Part shown: positions 25,631-26,881 of the stretch, piece after piece | Layout: each line of letters begins with the position of its first letter | How positions within the stretch are numbered: the first letter of the stretch is position 1 | Assembly: GCA_964485435.1 (NCBI GenBank) | Contig: CAZAKD010000001.1 | Coordinates: forward strand, 1-26,881 | Reading direction: 5' to 3' | Origin: an uncultured Lachnospiraceae bacterium | GTDB taxonomy: Bacteria; Bacillota; Clostridia; Lachnospirales; Lachnospiraceae | DNA: 26,881 nt | Translations under genes and position numbers: made by a program | Notes under the pieces: model-generated | The model's database searches: none | The model's input: the letters and a program-made list of their open reading frames with translations, nothing else | Told to the model about the DNA's origin: nothing

Positions 25631-26881
25631 ATGAATAAAGTGTTAGAATTAGTTAAGTCAAGAAAGCTTACTTATGAACAAAAGGTATTTTCATTAGCTC
25701 ATGCAGCAGAAGATAGTATAGAAGTTCTTAGAGTACCTGACAAGACAAAGTATTATTTTGAAAAAGGTGCCATATGTAATTTGTTCGAAGGAAATGCTCC
25801 TTATCGTCCTAGGTATATAATGCCTGATTATGACAAGTTCCTTAAGAATGGAAGTGTCTTTTTGGAGCTGGATCCACCCCAAGACTTGGATGAATTGCTG
25901 AACTCCTTAATGATTTTATATCACCATGTCCCTTCTATTACATCTTTTCCTGTATATCTTGGCAATATAGATAAGATGATTAATCCATTTCTTGATGGAC
26001 TTAGTGATCAAGAGATTAAAAAGAAACTAAGATTATTCTTAAACTATTTAGATAGAACAATTACCGATAGTTTTTGTCATGCCAATATAGGACCAGAAGA
26101 TACGAGAGCAGGTAGATTAATACTAGAGGTAGAGAAGGAACTGCAAAATGCAGTACCAAATATTACTTTAAAATATGATCCCGCTATTACTCCAGATGAT
26201 TTTGCTGAATTAAGTTTATATACAAGCCTATTTTGTGCAAATCCAGCAATTTGTAACCATAAGATTCATCAAGAGACGTATTCAACTGATTACGGAATAT
26301 CAAGTTGCTACAACATACTTCCAATTGGTGGGGGTAGTTATACACTTTCAAGAATCGGATTACCTAGATTAGCAAAGCTTGCAGAGAATAAAGAACAGTT
26401 TTTAAAGGAACTTCTTCCAGATTGTTTGAAGGCTTTAGGGGATTATATGAATGAAAGAGTAGATTTCTTAGTAGAGGAATCTGGATTCTTTGAAAGCTCC
26501 TTTTTAGTAAAAGAAGGATTAATAGATCCTGATAAGTTTATTGGTATGTTTGGACTTACTGGCTTAGCAGAATGTGTGAACGATCTATTGAAAGATACAG
26601 GTAAGAAATATGGGCAAGATAAAGAGGCAGATGATTTAGCGGATACAATCATGCAGATCATATCAGAGTTTGCAGAAAAATTCCCAGCTCATCATTCAAA
26701 ATTATCTGGGGGACGATTTATGCTACATGCCCAAGTAGGACTTGAAAGTGATTATGGAATGACCTCTGGAGTGAGAATTCCAGTTGGTGACGAACCAGAG
26801 AATCTTTCCGATCATCTTCGCCATAGCGCACGTTTCCACAGATTAATTCCTACAGGATGTGGTGATATTTTCTCTATGGAA
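25631..26881 (+). CDS. yjjI: YjjI-family glycyl-radical enzyme (3' truncated; not in ORF track)
   Basis: 417 codons open to the window end; LTYEQK, ICNLFEGNAPYRPRY, HVPSITSFPVYLG, FCHANIGP, PNITLKYD, SSCYNILPIGGGSYTL and LHAQVG; RBS GAAAGG. Confidence 0.92.
   Translation, partial: MNKVLELVKSRKLTYEQKVFSLAHAAEDSIEVLRVPDKTKYYFEKGAICNLFEGNAPYRPRYIMPDYDKFLKNGSVFLELDPPQDLDELLNSLMILYHHVPSITSFPVYLGNIDKMINPFLDGLSDQEIKKKLRLFLNYLDRTITDSFCHANIGPEDTRAGRLILEVEKELQNAVPNITLKYDPAITPDDFAELSLYTSLFCANPAICNHKIHQETYSTDYGISSCYNILPIGGGSYTLSRIGLPRLAKLAENKEQFLKELLPDCLKALGDYMNERVDFLVEESGFFESSFLVKEGLIDPDKFIGMFGLTGLAECVNDLLKDTGKKYGQDKEADDLADTIMQIISEFAEKFPAHHSKLSGGRFMLHAQVGLESDYGMTSGVRIPVGDEPENLSDHLRHSARFHRLIPTGCGDIFSME

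Noticed and set aside
1-26881. CRISPR array, tRNA, rRNA, transposase, integrase or phage structural genes
   Set aside because: None seen by eye; the intergenic gaps are short and mostly explained by promoters, terminators and riboswitches.

Overview
Mostly chromosomal DNA from a low-GC, spore-forming clostridium; Lachnospiraceae-like is my inference from gene content and order. Left to right: end of a sensor kinase, OmpR-type regulator, RluA-type pseudouridine synthase, ytvI, T-box-controlled proS, cca, CotS-like protein, PEGA-domain membrane protein, PrcB-like lipoprotein, veg, sipL-like SPOCS/LysM coat protein, a counter-oriented hypothetical gene with a SigD-like promoter, ispE-gntR, a gerA/B/C operon with a SigF-type promoter, an ECF sigma/anti-sigma pair, asnS, LacI regulator plus sucrose phosphorylase, and preQ1-riboswitch-controlled queT. 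Next comes a ~1.1 kb AT-rich segment bounded by degenerate direct repeats; it carries a short antitoxin-like gene and a RelE/ParE toxin broken by an in-frame stop. The window ends with a Crp/Fnr regulator and a YjjI-type glycyl-radical enzyme that runs off the edge. The ORF track misses both the toxin pseudogene and yjjI. No rRNA, tRNA, CRISPR array, transposase or integrase was seen. Best leads: the repeat-bounded mini-island, the veg/sipL hairpin that hides the sipL RBS and may contain its promoter, and the Crp-YjjI module. Family names come from motif recognition by eye; no database searches were run.
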